Virus record (IMG/VR): IMGVR_UViG_3300045988_137383
Coordinates: 1 to 61,331 of that record
Length of the DNA: 61,331 bases
Reading direction: 5' to 3' (one strand)
Source: a virus
Both the position numbers and the translations under genes were made by a program. A model generated the notes under the pieces. It was not told where the DNA came from and did no database searches. It saw only the letters and a program-made list of their open reading frames with translations. Of the stretch, positions 43,351 to 53,806 are shown piece after piece. How positions within the stretch are numbered: position 1 is the first letter of the stretch; each line of letters begins with the position of its first letter.

Positions 43351-46300
43351 TCACTCCGTGACGACCTTCACCCCGTTGCCGCCCTCCGAATGCGGAGCGA
43401 GAACCCCTCTGAACTCGGCCAGCATCTCCTGCGTGGCCACCGCCGTGTTGTACGTGTTCGCCTGGATCTGGGCGAGATGCTCCGCGAGCGTCGGGGAGGA
43501 CGGGAAGGCCGACCGCAGTATCTCCAGCACCCGCTCCCTCTGCGTCTTCGCGAACGACACGTCCGCCCTTATGGCGTTGATGTAGCTCGCCAGAAGGCTC
43601 GCCGTGTCCTCGGTCACCGCCTTGATGCCGTCAGAAAGCGTCCCCGATGTCTGGTTCGCCTCCTTGGTCAGGAGGTTCACGTTGTCGAAGGAGCCGATTA
43701 TCGCGTTGATGATGTCCGCCGCGTCCTCTGTCTTCTTCCTGATGTCATCCGCGAGGCTCGCCGTCCTGTCCGCCACGTCCTCCGCGCTTATGCTCCCCTC
43801 GGAGTACTGCTTGAACATATCCTTCACCTTGGGCCCGAACTGGTCAAGTATCTCGTCTATGACATAGGACTGGAGCATCGACTTCAATATGGTCTCGCCG
43901 AGGTTCTGGAACGCCGAGTCGAGGTCGTCAACAGCGTCGCCCACCCGCTTGAAGTTGTCAAGGAAGGAATCCACCATATCACCTGCCAGAGAGCCGACAA
44001 GGGTATTGACCATATTGTCGAGGGCGTCCTGTATCTCGTCATACTTCTCTTTCAGGTCTATAAGATGCTGGATTTGAGATTTGAGAGAGTCATCAATGTC
44101 ATAGTTGGCATCAAGGTAAGCCTTGGCCTTCTCCGCATTGAACGCACCGTCCTCTTCCCACACGCTCACCCCCATCTCCCGCAGTTTGGCCGAATATTTC
44201 TCAAAGCCCTTTATCTCAGGTATCAGCGGGGTAAGCGCACCATTATTCAAGAATGCGGAAAAAGGGCCGATTCCTCCCAAATCAGACATTTCGTCTTTGA
44301 AGTCAGAAAGAGCCGTGTTGTATGCTTTAAGCGCCTCCTTGCTTTTAGCGAAGTACTCACCCATTTTCCCGAAAGTGTTCTCCCCGAAGACCGATGAATA
44401 CGCAGTCTCGTCTATCTGGAGTTTCAGCAGGGCGAGGGAGTTGGTGTATTCCAACGTGGCCTGTTTCGCCCTCTCCTTCGCCTCTTTCTCCGCTTTGAGC
44501 TTGCTGATCATCACGGTGGCCACACCCACGAGCAGACCGGCAATTGCGCCCCAGGCTCCTCCCGCCTTGGCGCCGGCCTCAGTATTGTCCGACACCTTCT
44601 CAGCCGCGTCACCGACCTTGTCCATTGAGGATGCCAGCTGCATCCCCGCCTTGGCACCCTTGATCATGTTGTCGGCGATGGTGGAGAACGCGCGCAGGCC
44701 GTCCGTGATGCCGGAGAAATCCACATTGTCGAACGCCTCCCCGAGCTCATCGAAGGCATCCGCGGCACCGCTCAGCTTCGACGGCAACTTCTCGAATGAT
44801 GAGATCAGTTTCTCCTTCAGCTCATCATTCAACCTTTCAAGGTCTCCTCCAAGCAACGCCTTCACCGCCTCCTTGAAGTCATCCAAAGTCAACTTTGCAT
44901 CGCCAAGGTTCTTTATGGTCTCATCCGACAAGCCGAGGTCACTAAGGTCAAGATCCTTCATTGCCTCCTTGATCTTCGCGATGAGGTCGGCTATCTGGCG
45001 GAGCGACTTCTGGCTCAGGTCCGTCAGGTCAATTCCCTTCCCCTTGCCTATGTTCTCCGACACGTACCTCTTGGCGAGGTCATTGACTCTCTCCTGCGCC
45101 TTCTTCCTGTTGTACTCCTTCTCCTTATTTGCGAGTTCCGTCAACGCCTTGTCACCGCCCTCGATATACTTCTGCCAGAACTCCTCGCCGTACTTCACGC
45201 GCAGAGCTTTCATCGCAAGCTCGTTCGTCTTGGCCGCCTCGAACTCCTCGCGGATGCCCTCGATGTTGAGGTCAACCTTGTTGTTCTTCGACCTGAGGTC
45301 GGTCACTATCTTGCTGATGTCGAAAGCCACTCCCTTGCCGTCTATGGCGAAATCCTTTGACGTGAGACTCTTTATCTCCTCCACGAATTTCTCCGCCGCC
45401 TCGAATGCGTCCGTCATCGCCTTGGTGGCGTCCTTGCCCATATTGGCGATGATCTTGTCAGCGTTGTCGGCCTCTCCCGGTATGAGCCGCAGCTGGTCGG
45501 CCAGCCCCCTCAGCTGCTCGTCATAGTCGAAGTTGTCGCGCAGCGAAGAGGATATGTCCGGGAACAGCGCCTTCATCGCCTCGCCGAGCATCGACCCCGG
45601 TATTGCCGCCTTCAGCTGCTCATAAGCGTCCTTCAGCTTGTTCACCACCTGCACCGTGGCCTGAATCTCAGCGCGCTGCGCCTTCTGCCGCTCGGTGAGC
45701 TTGTCAGGCTTGTCGGTAGTCAGATCCTTGAAAGTAGCCTTGTTCAGGTCAATCTTCAACAGCTTGGCGACGGCCTCCACGCCCTCGAGGTCTTTCTTCC
45801 ACTGCTCTATCTCGTTCTTCTGATAGTTGGGGGAAGCGTTGGCGACGCTCTCCGTCAGCGTCTTGTAGGACTTGCGCAGCTTGTCGATGTAGTCGGTCAG
45901 ATCCTGCGAGCTGCTCTTGATCATGTTCCCCGACTTTTTAGCGGCCTCGCCCTCAGCCTTCTCCAGGGCCGCGTTCACCTCCTTCTGCCAGTCTTGCAGA
46001 TTAGCTGCTGCCTCCGCGGTCTCCTTCGCCCGTATCTTGTCAGCCACATTCCCCACAGCCATGGCGGTCTTGTCGGCAGAAATCCCCAAATCCTCATACT
46101 TCTCACGGAGCAACTCTAACTCCGCCAATGTATATTTGATTACGTTGCTGTCCTTGCCATTCTGGGCTATTATGCGACGAGCCCATTTCACATAGGACTG
46201 CGCTTCCTTTGAAAGGTCCTTAAAGCCCAATATACCGCTGACGTAAGAAGATAATTCAGCCTTTGCTTCATCCGAGGTGATATGCGCACGGTCAAAAACC

Positions 46301-48144
46301 TTGTTCAGTTTCTCGGCTATATCTTTGAATGCCTCCTTGGTCTTCTCGCTTAAACTTTCGAGAACTGTATCAAGGAACCTCTCTTTGGCGGCGTTCTGTA
46401 TGGACACTGACAGCCTGTCATACACCCCAACCAACTCGCCGATAGCTATGTTCTCCTTGTCCACGGCGGAAAGATACGACCCATAGTTGTTCAGTATCGC
46501 CGCCTTCGCCTTGTTGTATTGCTCCGTGCCTTTTTCTGCACGCTCCAGAGAACGCCATAGTACATTGAGCTTTGTGGTCTCCTGTGCCACGTACCCATTG
46601 AACTGCGTGATGGCATTATTGGCCGCGTCCTGCACTTGCTTCTGCTCCTTCAGCCTTTTAATCACTTCGTATATAGCGAAACCTGCCGCCAAAGCAGTCG
46701 AAGCGAGCAAGGCATAAGGGTTCATCTTCCTGAGTGCGATGACCCTCATAATCCTGTAAGTCCTCTCTATGGACTTCACAAGCGTTCCGTTCGCGACGGC
46801 GGCGACAAGGGCACCGGTCTTGTACACGCCGAACACAACGACTATCTCCTTCAGGACGCGCCCCAGATCCTCGTAGTTGCGCACCGCCGACAGGGCGGTG
46901 TCCACGATCCCGTGGAAGAAGCCCCTGTTACCCTCCCCGATGGAGAACAACATCTGCTCGTAGGCGTCCTTCAGCTTCATCACCTTGCCCTTAAGGGTCT
47001 CGGACAGCACCGACTGCATGTCGAAGAACTTGCCGCCCTCGCTCGTGAGGTCCTTCAGGACCTTGGCCACCATCTCGAACGGGACCTCACGCTTGCTTAT
47101 CTTGTCGAACACCTCTCCAACGCTCACGACCCTGCCCTCAAGCTCGGTGAACTGATTGGCGAGTTCCTGCAGCAGCGGCACTCCGGCCTCGGTGAACTGC
47201 CTCACCTCCTGCCCCCTGAGGAAGGAGGCGGACCTCACCTGCCCGTAGGCGAGGATCATGCGGTTCATGTCCACGCCGAGACCCGCCGAGACATCTGCCA
47301 GCATCTTCGTGGTGTCGTACAGCTCGTCGAGGGGCACGGAGAACGCCGAGAGCTGCTTGGCGTAGGACGTGACCTCGGAGAAGGTGTACGGCGACTGCAC
47401 GGCCAACTTCTGGAGCTTGCCGAACAGGGCGTCCGCCCCCCGCACGTCCTGGACTATGTTGCGCAGGGCCATCCTCTGCATCTCGAACTCGCCCGTCACC
47501 CTGATTATCGAGCCGAGGAAGCGCGTCACGCCCTGCACGGAGAAATAGGCGGCCGCCATAGTGGTCAGCTGCTTGAGAAGGCGCGACTGTTTGCTCATAG
47601 AATCTTGGGCCCTCTGCGCGGCCGCCGCCGTCTGCTGCTGAGCCTGTTTCAGCCTCTCGGCGGCTATGGCCGATTTGGTCTGCTCCGTCTGGAGTCTCAC
47701 CTGAGCGGCCGCCGTGCGCTCCGCGGCAGTGCGGACACGCTCCGCCGCCTCCGCCGACCGGTTCGCCTCCGTGGTCGTACTCTGTTGCGCGAGACGTGTC
47801 CTCTCCTGGGCCTCGGCGGCTCTCTGGTATGCCTCCGCGGCCTTGTTCTGCGCGGCGGATGCCTTGCTCTGCGCCACGGCCGTCTGCTGCACGGCCTGCT
47901 TCACCTTTTCCTGCGCCGCGGCCGCCACGGCCGCCGCCTGGGCGCGCTTCGCCTCTATGTCAAGGGCGCGCTTCGCGCTGGCGGCATCGGAGGCCGATAT
48001 GGAGTTCAGCCTCTGCTTCACGGTGAGCAGAGCGGACAACTGCACGTTCGCAGCCTTCGCCGCCTCGATGTCCTTCTTTATCTTCGTGTTGAAGTCAACG
48101 TCATCCAGTATGACCTTGAAGTTGAGATTGTCTATGTTAGCCAT
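43351..48144 (-). CDS. tail tape measure protein, 1597 aa
   Basis: size, A/E/K/Q-rich coiled coils, central hydrophobic segments, position. Confidence 0.92.
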   Translation of the reverse strand: MANIDNLNFKVILDDVDFNTKIKKDIEAAKAANVQLSALLTVKQRLNSISASDAASAKRALDIEAKRAQAAAVAAAAQEKVKQAVQQTAVAQSKASAAQNKAAEAYQRAAEAQERTRLAQQSTTTEANRSAEAAERVRTAAERTAAAQVRLQTEQTKSAIAAERLKQAQQQTAAAAQRAQDSMSKQSRLLKQLTTMAAAYFSVQGVTRFLGSIIRVTGEFEMQRMALRNIVQDVRGADALFGKLQKLAVQSPYTFSEVTSYAKQLSAFSVPLDELYDTTKMLADVSAGLGVDMNRMILAYGQVRSASFLRGQEVRQFTEAGVPLLQELANQFTELEGRVVSVGEVFDKISKREVPFEMVAKVLKDLTSEGGKFFDMQSVLSETLKGKVMKLKDAYEQMLFSIGEGNRGFFHGIVDTALSAVRNYEDLGRVLKEIVVVFGVYKTGALVAAVANGTLVKSIERTYRIMRVIALRKMNPYALLASTALAAGFAIYEVIKRLKEQKQVQDAANNAITQFNGYVAQETTKLNVLWRSLERAEKGTEQYNKAKAAILNNYGSYLSAVDKENIAIGELVGVYDRLSVSIQNAAKERFLDTVLESLSEKTKEAFKDIAEKLNKVFDRAHITSDEAKAELSSYVSGILGFKDLSKEAQSYVKWARRIIAQNGKDSNVIKYTLAELELLREKYEDLGISADKTAMAVGNVADKIRAKETAEAAANLQDWQKEVNAALEKAEGEAAKKSGNMIKSSSQDLTDYIDKLRKSYKTLTESVANASPNYQKNEIEQWKKDLEGVEAVAKLLKIDLNKATFKDLTTDKPDKLTERQKAQRAEIQATVQVVNKLKDAYEQLKAAIPGSMLGEAMKALFPDISSSLRDNFDYDEQLRGLADQLRLIPGEADNADKIIANMGKDATKAMTDAFEAAEKFVEEIKSLTSKDFAIDGKGVAFDISKIVTDLRSKNNKVDLNIEGIREEFEAAKTNELAMKALRVKYGEEFWQKYIEGGDKALTELANKEKEYNRKKAQERVNDLAKRYVSENIGKGKGIDLTDLSQKSLRQIADLIAKIKEAMKDLDLSDLGLSDETIKNLGDAKLTLDDFKEAVKALLGGDLERLNDELKEKLISSFEKLPSKLSGAADAFDELGEAFDNVDFSGITDGLRAFSTIADNMIKGAKAGMQLASSMDKVGDAAEKVSDNTEAGAKAGGAWGAIAGLLVGVATVMISKLKAEKEAKERAKQATLEYTNSLALLKLQIDETAYSSVFGENTFGKMGEYFAKSKEALKAYNTALSDFKDEMSDLGGIGPFSAFLNNGALTPLIPEIKGFEKYSAKLREMGVSVWEEDGAFNAEKAKAYLDANYDIDDSLKSQIQHLIDLKEKYDEIQDALDNMVNTLVGSLAGDMVDSFLDNFKRVGDAVDDLDSAFQNLGETILKSMLQSYVIDEILDQFGPKVKDMFKQYSEGSISAEDVADRTASLADDIRKKTEDAADIINAIIGSFDNVNLLTKEANQTSGTLSDGIKAVTEDTASLLASYINAIRADVSFAKTQRERVLEILRSAFPSSPTLAEHLAQIQANTYNTAVATQEMLAEFRGVLAPHSEGGNGVKVVTE

Positions 48145-48155
48145 AAGATATTCGC

Positions 48156-48350
48156 CTATTCATCCTCGTCCGCCCCGTTGAAAACGTCCTCCACCGTCAT
48201 CCCCTTCGCGGCTATCCTCGCGCGGAGCTTCCGCAGGGACTCCTCGTTGAGCCTCACCGACTCGTCCTCGCCGGACCGGGGCGATCCGTCCGCCGAGCCT
48301 TTCCCGGACCCTTTCCGCCTCCATACGGTGTGCGGAAGGTCGCTCATCAT
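48156..48350 (-). CDS. small acidic protein, 64 aa (tail-assembly-chaperone position)
   Basis: immediately upstream of the TMP. Confidence 0.5.
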   Translation of the reverse strand: MMSDLPHTVWRRKGSGKGSADGSPRSGEDESVRLNEESLRKLRARIAAKGMTVEDVFNGADEDE

Positions 48351-48370
48351 CACGTCTATCTGCGGAAGCG

Positions 48371-48958
48371 TCAGCTCGCAGTTATAGACCCAGTTCCTGA
48401 CCCTGACGAGCCCGAAGAGGAACCGTCTTGTCCCTCCGGCGAAGGGGTATTCCTTGATGAAAGCTGACTCGCGGCCGAAAGAAGTTCGGCTCGGTACCGC
48501 TCGGCTTCCTTCCTCGTCATCGTCATCCAGTCCGTCCTCATATCCACCGAGAACGCCATATTCGTCCAGTGTGCCGTAAGCGGAACTTTTTTTTTACCCG
48601 CCGCTATTATCGGGGTGTACTGCGATTCCGTCCAGCCGCGCCACAGCGCCCACCAGCGCCACAGGAAAGGCCAGAACAGCCTTATCCTCCAGTAGCCGTT
48701 AAGGACTATCAGGGCGGCCTCCTTGGCCGCGAAGTACGGCTCGCGGCAGAGGCTGCGCGTCGTCTCGGAGGAATCCTCCTTGGCGGCCTCCATATCGTCC
48801 CTCTCCAGCCATAGCCTCGTCAGTCTCTGCATCGTGTACGGCTTCATCCCCGTGACCCTCACGGTCTTTTTGGTGCCGGGGATCCTCACCTTCTCCGGGA
48901 TGTCCTCGACCACGTTGTCGAAGTACTCCCTCCTCGCCTTTGTTTCTGGTTGTTCCAT
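48371..48958 (-). CDS. hypothetical protein, 195 aa (tail-assembly-chaperone position; Trp-rich segment)
   Basis: ATG at 48958 (MEQPETKARREYF). Confidence 0.55.
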   Translation of the reverse strand: MEQPETKARREYFDNVVEDIPEKVRIPGTKKTVRVTGMKPYTMQRLTRLWLERDDMEAAKEDSSETTRSLCREPYFAAKEAALIVLNGYWRIRLFWPFLWRWWALWRGWTESQYTPIIAAGKKKVPLTAHWTNMAFSVDMRTDWMTMTRKEAERYRAELLSAASQLSSRNTPSPEGQDGSSSGSSGSGTGSITAS

Positions 48959-49029
48959 GTCTTGACAAAATAAAAGCGGGTGGGGCGGAAGACCCCACCC
49001 GCAGGGTGTGTGAATCCTCAGGGGACTTT

Positions 49030-49599
49030 TTAAGCCGACTTCTTGAGCACTGCGAAGTCGCCCTCGCCGCTCTTGAGGTTGCCGAGCACGGTACCCGCGA
49101 ACCTCACGCACAGAGGGTTCGAGGTGCTGTCCTGCGTGAGCGAGGCCACGAGCTTCACCCTCGCGAAGACGACCGCGGTCTTCTTGGACGCGCTCACGAC
49201 AAGCACGGACGCCATGACCTCTTTAGGGGTCTTGAAGAATCCGGCTCCCGTGTAGGTCTCGCCTGTGCTCGCGGTGACGGACGCGGCGGACTGTCCGGCG
49301 GCGAAGAAGTAGGCCAGAAGCGCGGAGGCCACGGAAGGGATGTCGCCCTGGAGCTTCATCTCGCCGCTGGTTACATCGGTGTCGATGGTCTCGTCGTTCT
49401 GGTCGATCTTGATCTCGTCCGTGGACGGGTCGTCCTGGGTTATCTGGAAGGTGTCCTTCAAGGTGAAGATCTCGTCCGCAGTGGCGAACGTGAGTGTCTT
49501 GAAGTCCACGGAGCCGCCCGAAGGGACGGCGAGCAGCTTGATGGACGCGCACCCTCTGTGCAGGTCCTCCAGCATTGCGTGTGTAAGTGTTGCTGCCAT
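49030..49599 (-). CDS. major tail tube protein
   Basis: 189-aa beta-rich protein between the neck genes and the chaperone/TMP genes. Confidence 0.7.
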   Translation of the reverse strand: MAATLTHAMLEDLHRGCASIKLLAVPSGGSVDFKTLTFATADEIFTLKDTFQITQDDPSTDEIKIDQNDETIDTDVTSGEMKLQGDIPSVASALLAYFFAAGQSAASVTASTGETYTGAGFFKTPKEVMASVLVVSASKKTAVVFARVKLVASLTQDSTSNPLCVRFAGTVLGNLKSGEGDFAVLKKSA

Positions 49600-49602
49600 A
49601 TC

Positions 49603-49995
49603 CTAAATGACTTTTATTGTTGTCTTTATGCTTACTATCCTGCAATTGAAACCAAAGTCGTCCTCGGTGTCCCCGATGACGTTCGGATGATTGTCGAACT
49701 CGTAGCGTCCGGTGTAGGACGGAAGCCCCTCCATGAGGGTCTTGTACATCACCGAGAGCCGCCTCCCGTTCTTGGAGCTGTTGGCGTTCTTGGCGAAAAG
49801 CTCGAACACCACGCGGCACTCGCCGTATGTACCCATGTCCTCCACGCCGCCGGAGACCCTGGCCACCACGTAGTCGGGTTTCTGCGGGGCTGATTTCGGA
49901 CGTGAGGAGTACACGGCGCCGCTGACCTTCAGGTCATCCCTGACGATGCGCACCAGCGCGTCCTCCAGCTCCGTTATGTCGAAGACGTTCATCAT
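49603..49995 (-). CDS. tail terminator / neck protein (by position)
   Basis: 130 aa; ATGA coupling with the upstream gene. Confidence 0.5.
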   Translation of the reverse strand: MMNVFDITELEDALVRIVRDDLKVSGAVYSSRPKSAPQKPDYVVARVSGGVEDMGTYGECRVVFELFAKNANSSKNGRRLSVMYKTLMEGLPSYTGRYEFDNHPNVIGDTEDDFGFNCRIVSIKTTIKVI

Positions 49996-50414
49996 CCAAC
50001 GGGTTTGAATTTTTCGGCGAAGGTCCTCGCTGTCATGTCCACGGTGTCGTGCATCACGTCAAGCTCGTAGTCGAGCGAGAAGAAGGACGGGGGATTGATC
50101 CCTGCCATCACGACGCCGACCCATCCGGTACGCCTGACCCTTCCCTCCATCCGGAGGAGCCGGGCCGTGACATCGCCTATGGCCTCGCCCGCGGAGGTGA
50201 CCTCCATCTGCACGGAGGCACCGTTGTGAACCACGAGCCACCCGTAGGTGTCACCAGACGTGAGGTGCCTCTGGTGCTTCGCGTCGTGGATGTCCAGCGC
50301 GTAGCGCACGGCATCCCTCATGACTCGTACAAGCCCCTCCCTCACCGTCCTCTCCTCGGAGGCGGCGAGACGGGCGAAAGCCGCCTCTATGACATTCTCG
50401 TTGCTCCTTGCCAT
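49992..50414 (-). CDS. head-tail joining protein (HK97 gp10-like position)
   Basis: ATG at 50414 (MARSNENVIEAAF); 1-nt overlap with the upstream stop. Confidence 0.5.
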   Translation of the reverse strand: MARSNENVIEAAFARLAASEERTVREGLVRVMRDAVRYALDIHDAKHQRHLTSGDTYGWLVVHNGASVQMEVTSAGEAIGDVTARLLRMEGRVRRTGWVGVVMAGINPPSFFSLDYELDVMHDTVDMTARTFAEKFKPVG

Positions 50415-50821
50415 CAGTTCTTGACTTCCTTGACCCAGACGTTGGTGCCGAGGTTGAACGTGGTCTGCTTGACCACCTCGCACCTGTAAACCCTCGTGTA
50501 ATCCTCCATCACAAGTATGTCGCCCGGATCGAGGGGCGTGAGGAACATCGGACAGGCGAGCCGGTAGTCCGACTCCTGCACGTCCCCCGCCGCCCTCGTG
50601 TTCTCGGACGATGTCCTGTACCCGAAGGACATCTCACTGACCCACTCCGTCAGGAAGGAGCCGTCGGGATTCCTGACGGGCTCCCAGTCGGACATCACGC
50701 AGGCCTCCAGAAGCACGGGCTCGTAGACCGGATCCCCCCTGTCATCGACTCCGGGATCTCCGTTCTCGTCCAGCCTCGCCCTGAACGCCTTGAATGTGAA
50801 TGGGAAACGTGGGTTGTACAT
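50414..50821 (-). CDS. head closure / head-tail adaptor protein (by position)
   Basis: 135-aa ORF in the connector cluster. Confidence 0.5.
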   Translation of the reverse strand: MYNPRFPFTFKAFRARLDENGDPGVDDRGDPVYEPVLLEACVMSDWEPVRNPDGSFLTEWVSEMSFGYRTSSENTRAAGDVQESDYRLACPMFLTPLDPGDILVMEDYTRVYRCEVVKQTTFNLGTNVWVKEVKN

Positions 50822-50836
50822 CTGGTGTATCGGTTT

Positions 50837-51196
50837 CTAATACAGGTCTCTCATAGTGAATCCTCCGGCGGTGGCCTCCTCGGCCTTGTCAGACTCCCAC
50901 TTGGCGTAGAGCCTCTGGGCCATCTGGCGCAACCCCGCCCGGTCGACGACATTCTTCGCCGCCTTCTGGTGCTGCCACCCGCCGTCGGACACATACTCCC
51001 CGGTCGAGGACGACGAGGAGGACGCGAGCCACATATAGAGGTCGGCGAGGCAGAGGTCCCGCTCCCTCTGGCCGACCTCCGGCACTGGAGCGCCGGAGGC
51101 CACGCCGTTGTTGAACAGGATCGCCCTCACGGTGCCGTCGGGGACGTTGTAGTCAACCATCCCCGGAAGCCACTGGTCTATCGTGTAGTCCGCCAT
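50837..51196 (-). CDS. head-tail connector protein (by position)
   Basis: 119-aa ORF directly after the capsid gene. Confidence 0.5.
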   Translation of the reverse strand: MADYTIDQWLPGMVDYNVPDGTVRAILFNNGVASGAPVPEVGQRERDLCLADLYMWLASSSSSSTGEYVSDGGWQHQKAAKNVVDRAGLRQMAQRLYAKWESDKAEEATAGGFTMRDLY

Positions 51197-51212
51197 GCCT
51201 CCCCTCCGTCAG

Positions 51213-52385
51213 TTAGGCCGAGTAAGGATGGAAGTAGTAGAAGTGCTGAGGCACCGAAGGCACGACAAGCGATGTCATCTCGGTGTTGAAGCTCTGGCAC
51301 TTCTTCACGTAGTCGGCGCCCACGGTGAGCAGGAGCCTTCCCCCGTAGTAGGTCGCGTAGTCGCCGCCGCCGATGGCGATAGGCTCCACGGTCTTCACGG
51401 TGCCTATGGTTCCGTCAGGCACGAGCACGAGGACGTTGCCCTCGAACGCGCGGAACGACTTCCTTGAGAGCGTCTTCGAGTCGTTGTCCCACTTCTCCAC
51501 GGCCACGATCGAGTCGATGACCTTGACGGGCACGCCCACGATCCTCTCGAAGACGGCCTTCTTCACGTCGTCCCCCTGCACGGAGGCCGATGAGGCCTGC
51601 ACGCCCGCGTCCGCGGTAGGGAAAAGGTTCGCCCCGATGGCGGCGAGCACCTTCGAGTGACCGAGGACGACATCAAAGAAGTCGCTGTCCACCTCGATGT
51701 GCATCGACACGCCTGTCTTCCTCTTGGCGGCCTTGATCCAGTCCTTGAGGTCCTTGATCGGGTTGGCCGAGGTGCCCTCGGTGTCGTATGTGCTGTCCGT
51801 CCACCATCTCTTGGCACCCGTGAGGGTGGTGATGTTGGCTGAAGGCACGTGGGCGGCGAAGGTCTGGTTGACGATGCCGTTAGGGTTGTTGGTGTCGGTC
51901 AGCTCGAACTTGCCCCTCGACACGACCTGATGCCTCTGGTAGGTCAGCGAGTTGGTGTGCCCCCCGATGAGGGTGTCGATGGTGACGAATAGGTTGTTCC
52001 GGGCGGCGTCAACGACCCTGCTGGAAGTGGCCCCGAACCGCTGCTCAAGGATGTACTGCTTGCGCAGCTTGTCCTCGTTGAAGTACTCGACCATCTTCAT
52101 TCTCGGGATCTTGCCCGTGGTGAGCTGCACAGGCTCCCTGCTCACAGGCTTGGCCGGTGAGTCGAGGTCCACGTAGGTCGCCATCACGTTCAGGCCGACC
52201 TCGCCCTGAAGCTGCTCGTAGGTGAAGTCGAGCTGCATGTCCGGGTCAAGCTCGAAGCCGTCCAGCTGGAGGCTGTTGTACTTGTTGGGCATCACCTCGT
52301 CGATGTAGCCCTGGAGCCTCGCCGGGTCGCTGCCTCCCAGAGCCCTGGAAAGCAGGTCGTAAAATTCCAAAGTGTATGTCTCCAT
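51213..52385 (-). CDS. major capsid protein
   Basis: 390 aa, between the scaffold/decoration genes and the connector genes. Confidence 0.75.
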   Translation of the reverse strand: METYTLEFYDLLSRALGGSDPARLQGYIDEVMPNKYNSLQLDGFELDPDMQLDFTYEQLQGEVGLNVMATYVDLDSPAKPVSREPVQLTTGKIPRMKMVEYFNEDKLRKQYILEQRFGATSSRVVDAARNNLFVTIDTLIGGHTNSLTYQRHQVVSRGKFELTDTNNPNGIVNQTFAAHVPSANITTLTGAKRWWTDSTYDTEGTSANPIKDLKDWIKAAKRKTGVSMHIEVDSDFFDVVLGHSKVLAAIGANLFPTADAGVQASSASVQGDDVKKAVFERIVGVPVKVIDSIVAVEKWDNDSKTLSRKSFRAFEGNVLVLVPDGTIGTVKTVEPIAIGGGDYATYYGGRLLLTVGADYVKKCQSFNTEMTSLVVPSVPQHFYYFHPYSA

Positions 52386-52408
52386 ATCTCTTTCTGTTTT
52401 TTTAGGGT

Positions 52409-53035
52409 TTAGCCGTTCACCTGGATCACGCCCGGCACTGCGGCCTTCATCGCGGCGGCGATGTCAGCGGACGGCGTGCGGTCGATCAGGATTCCCTCGG
52501 CGTGTGACATCACCGCGGCTCCGGACGCGCCCGCGCCCTCGTCATCCGCGTCGATGTCTCCGAGGTAGATGTCGTTGTACAGGTAGGCGTTCGGGGTCAC
52601 GTTGGCCTCCGCGCTGATGATGACCTTGCTGCCGGCCTTGGCCGAGGCCACGGTGGCGGTGAGGTCAAGCTGCGACGGCGTGGCCGCGTTGGCCGAGGCG
52701 TCCGTAACCTTCACCCCGTCGCCCGCCGGGAAAGTGTCCCCAACGAGCCTGACGTACATGTCCTTGCCCGGTGTGAATCCCGGATGCTCGGACGGGTCGA
52801 TGGTCAGCACACCGGAGGCGTAAGCCTTGACGGTGTAGACCAGCGCCGGCGTGATCACCCTGTCCTTTAGCTGGATGGGCGTGCCGGCCGGAAGGAGAAG
52901 TCCCGCCTTGACGTATGCCTTGGCGAGAGAGCCTCCCACAGGATAAGGGGTCACTGTTCCGAGCCAGACCGGTATGTGCCGTCCGCCGAAACCTTCCCTC
53001 TTCTGCCCGAAGGCGTTGAATGAGCTCTGCTTCAT
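52409..53035 (-). CDS. head decoration or capsid-associated protein
   Basis: 208-aa Ala/Gly/Val-rich beta protein between the scaffold and the MCP. Confidence 0.45.
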   Translation of the reverse strand: MKQSSFNAFGQKREGFGGRHIPVWLGTVTPYPVGGSLAKAYVKAGLLLPAGTPIQLKDRVITPALVYTVKAYASGVLTIDPSEHPGFTPGKDMYVRLVGDTFPAGDGVKVTDASANAATPSQLDLTATVASAKAGSKVIISAEANVTPNAYLYNDIYLGDIDADDEGAGASGAAVMSHAEGILIDRTPSADIAAAMKAAVPGVIQVNG

Positions 53036-53060
53036 TTCTCTAATCGGTTTTGGTTGAACT

Positions 53061-53714
53061 TTACTTCTGCTGCGGGAGCTTGCCCTCGGACCTCAGCCTC
53101 TCGACCTCGCCTGAGAAGTCGCCCCTCTTGTAGCCCTCCGGCTGGCGGCTGCCGCTCCTCGGAGCCGGGCCGTCCCCGTAGAACCTCTTGTAGGCCTCGT
53201 CGTAGGAGGCCACGCACCTGTCAACAAGCGTGTCGGCTGTGTCGGTCTCCGCGATCTGGAGATCCTTCAGGATAAGGTCGAGAACCGGCTCGCAGTCCGA
53301 ACCCTTGTCTTTCAGCCTCTTCCTGAGTTCCGCGGTTATCCCGCCATTGCGTTCCCTCGCCATCACCTTCGTGTAGTTCTCCTCCAGCTTGTCGAAGCGC
53401 TCCTTGAGTTCCTTGAGCGCGGCGTCATTTTTCTCGGAGCCCTCCCCAGGTTTCGGGTCGGTCTTTCCGGATCCCGCCTCCCTCAGTTCGTCAAGGCTCC
53501 TCTGGAGCTCCGTGTTCCTCGCGCGGAGACTGTCCTGATCGCCCTGTATCGCCCTGACGAGCGCGGCCACATCGTCGCCCGCAACGGCGGCTTCGATGTC
53601 CTCCTCCTTGGTGACGGTTTTTTCCAGGAACGCGGCAACCCCGTCGAAAGCCTTCTCCCCCAACCCGATGTTCTTGTACCTCGTTTTGAGGGCTGCGATG
53701 ATCTTCTGTTTCAT
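53061..53714 (-). CDS. scaffolding protein
   Basis: ATG at 53714 (MKQKIIAALKTRY); helical, E/K/D-rich; first gene of the head operon. Confidence 0.65.
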   Translation of the reverse strand: MKQKIIAALKTRYKNIGLGEKAFDGVAAFLEKTVTKEEDIEAAVAGDDVAALVRAIQGDQDSLRARNTELQRSLDELREAGSGKTDPKPGEGSEKNDAALKELKERFDKLEENYTKVMARERNGGITAELRKRLKDKGSDCEPVLDLILKDLQIAETDTADTLVDRCVASYDEAYKRFYGDGPAPRSGSRQPEGYKRGDFSGEVERLRSEGKLPQQK

Positions 53715-53748
53715 ATTGACCCAAAATGATTTAACCTGCCGCAAAGGT

Positions 53749-53806
53749 GGGGCTCCGCCTGATATAAAGTGTGATAATTATTACACTTTATAACACGGCT
53801 GTCCGC
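53749..53806. promoter_or_regulatory. nested palindrome in the divergent late control region
   Basis: CCGCAAAGGTG...ATAAAGTGT-gataattatt-ACACTTTAT...CACCTTTGCGG. Confidence 0.6.

Noticed and set aside
46636-48387. Long antisense ORFs opposite confident genes: 46636-48387, 44123-45526, 43390-44397, 59373-60842, 39228-40403, 6047-7069, 12730-13722, 15859-17004, 8545-9681, 56563-57333
   Set aside because: They mirror genes with strong motif support (TMP, SF3 helicase, tail protein, integrase, RecT, DnaB, portal). Their Arg/Pro/Gly/His-rich composition is the expected stop-poor antisense artefact of high-G+C DNA.
43351-53714. A contractile-tail (myovirus) architecture
   Set aside because: There is no sheath-sized gene between the neck genes and the tube, chaperone and TMP genes. 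The gene order matches a non-contractile tail.
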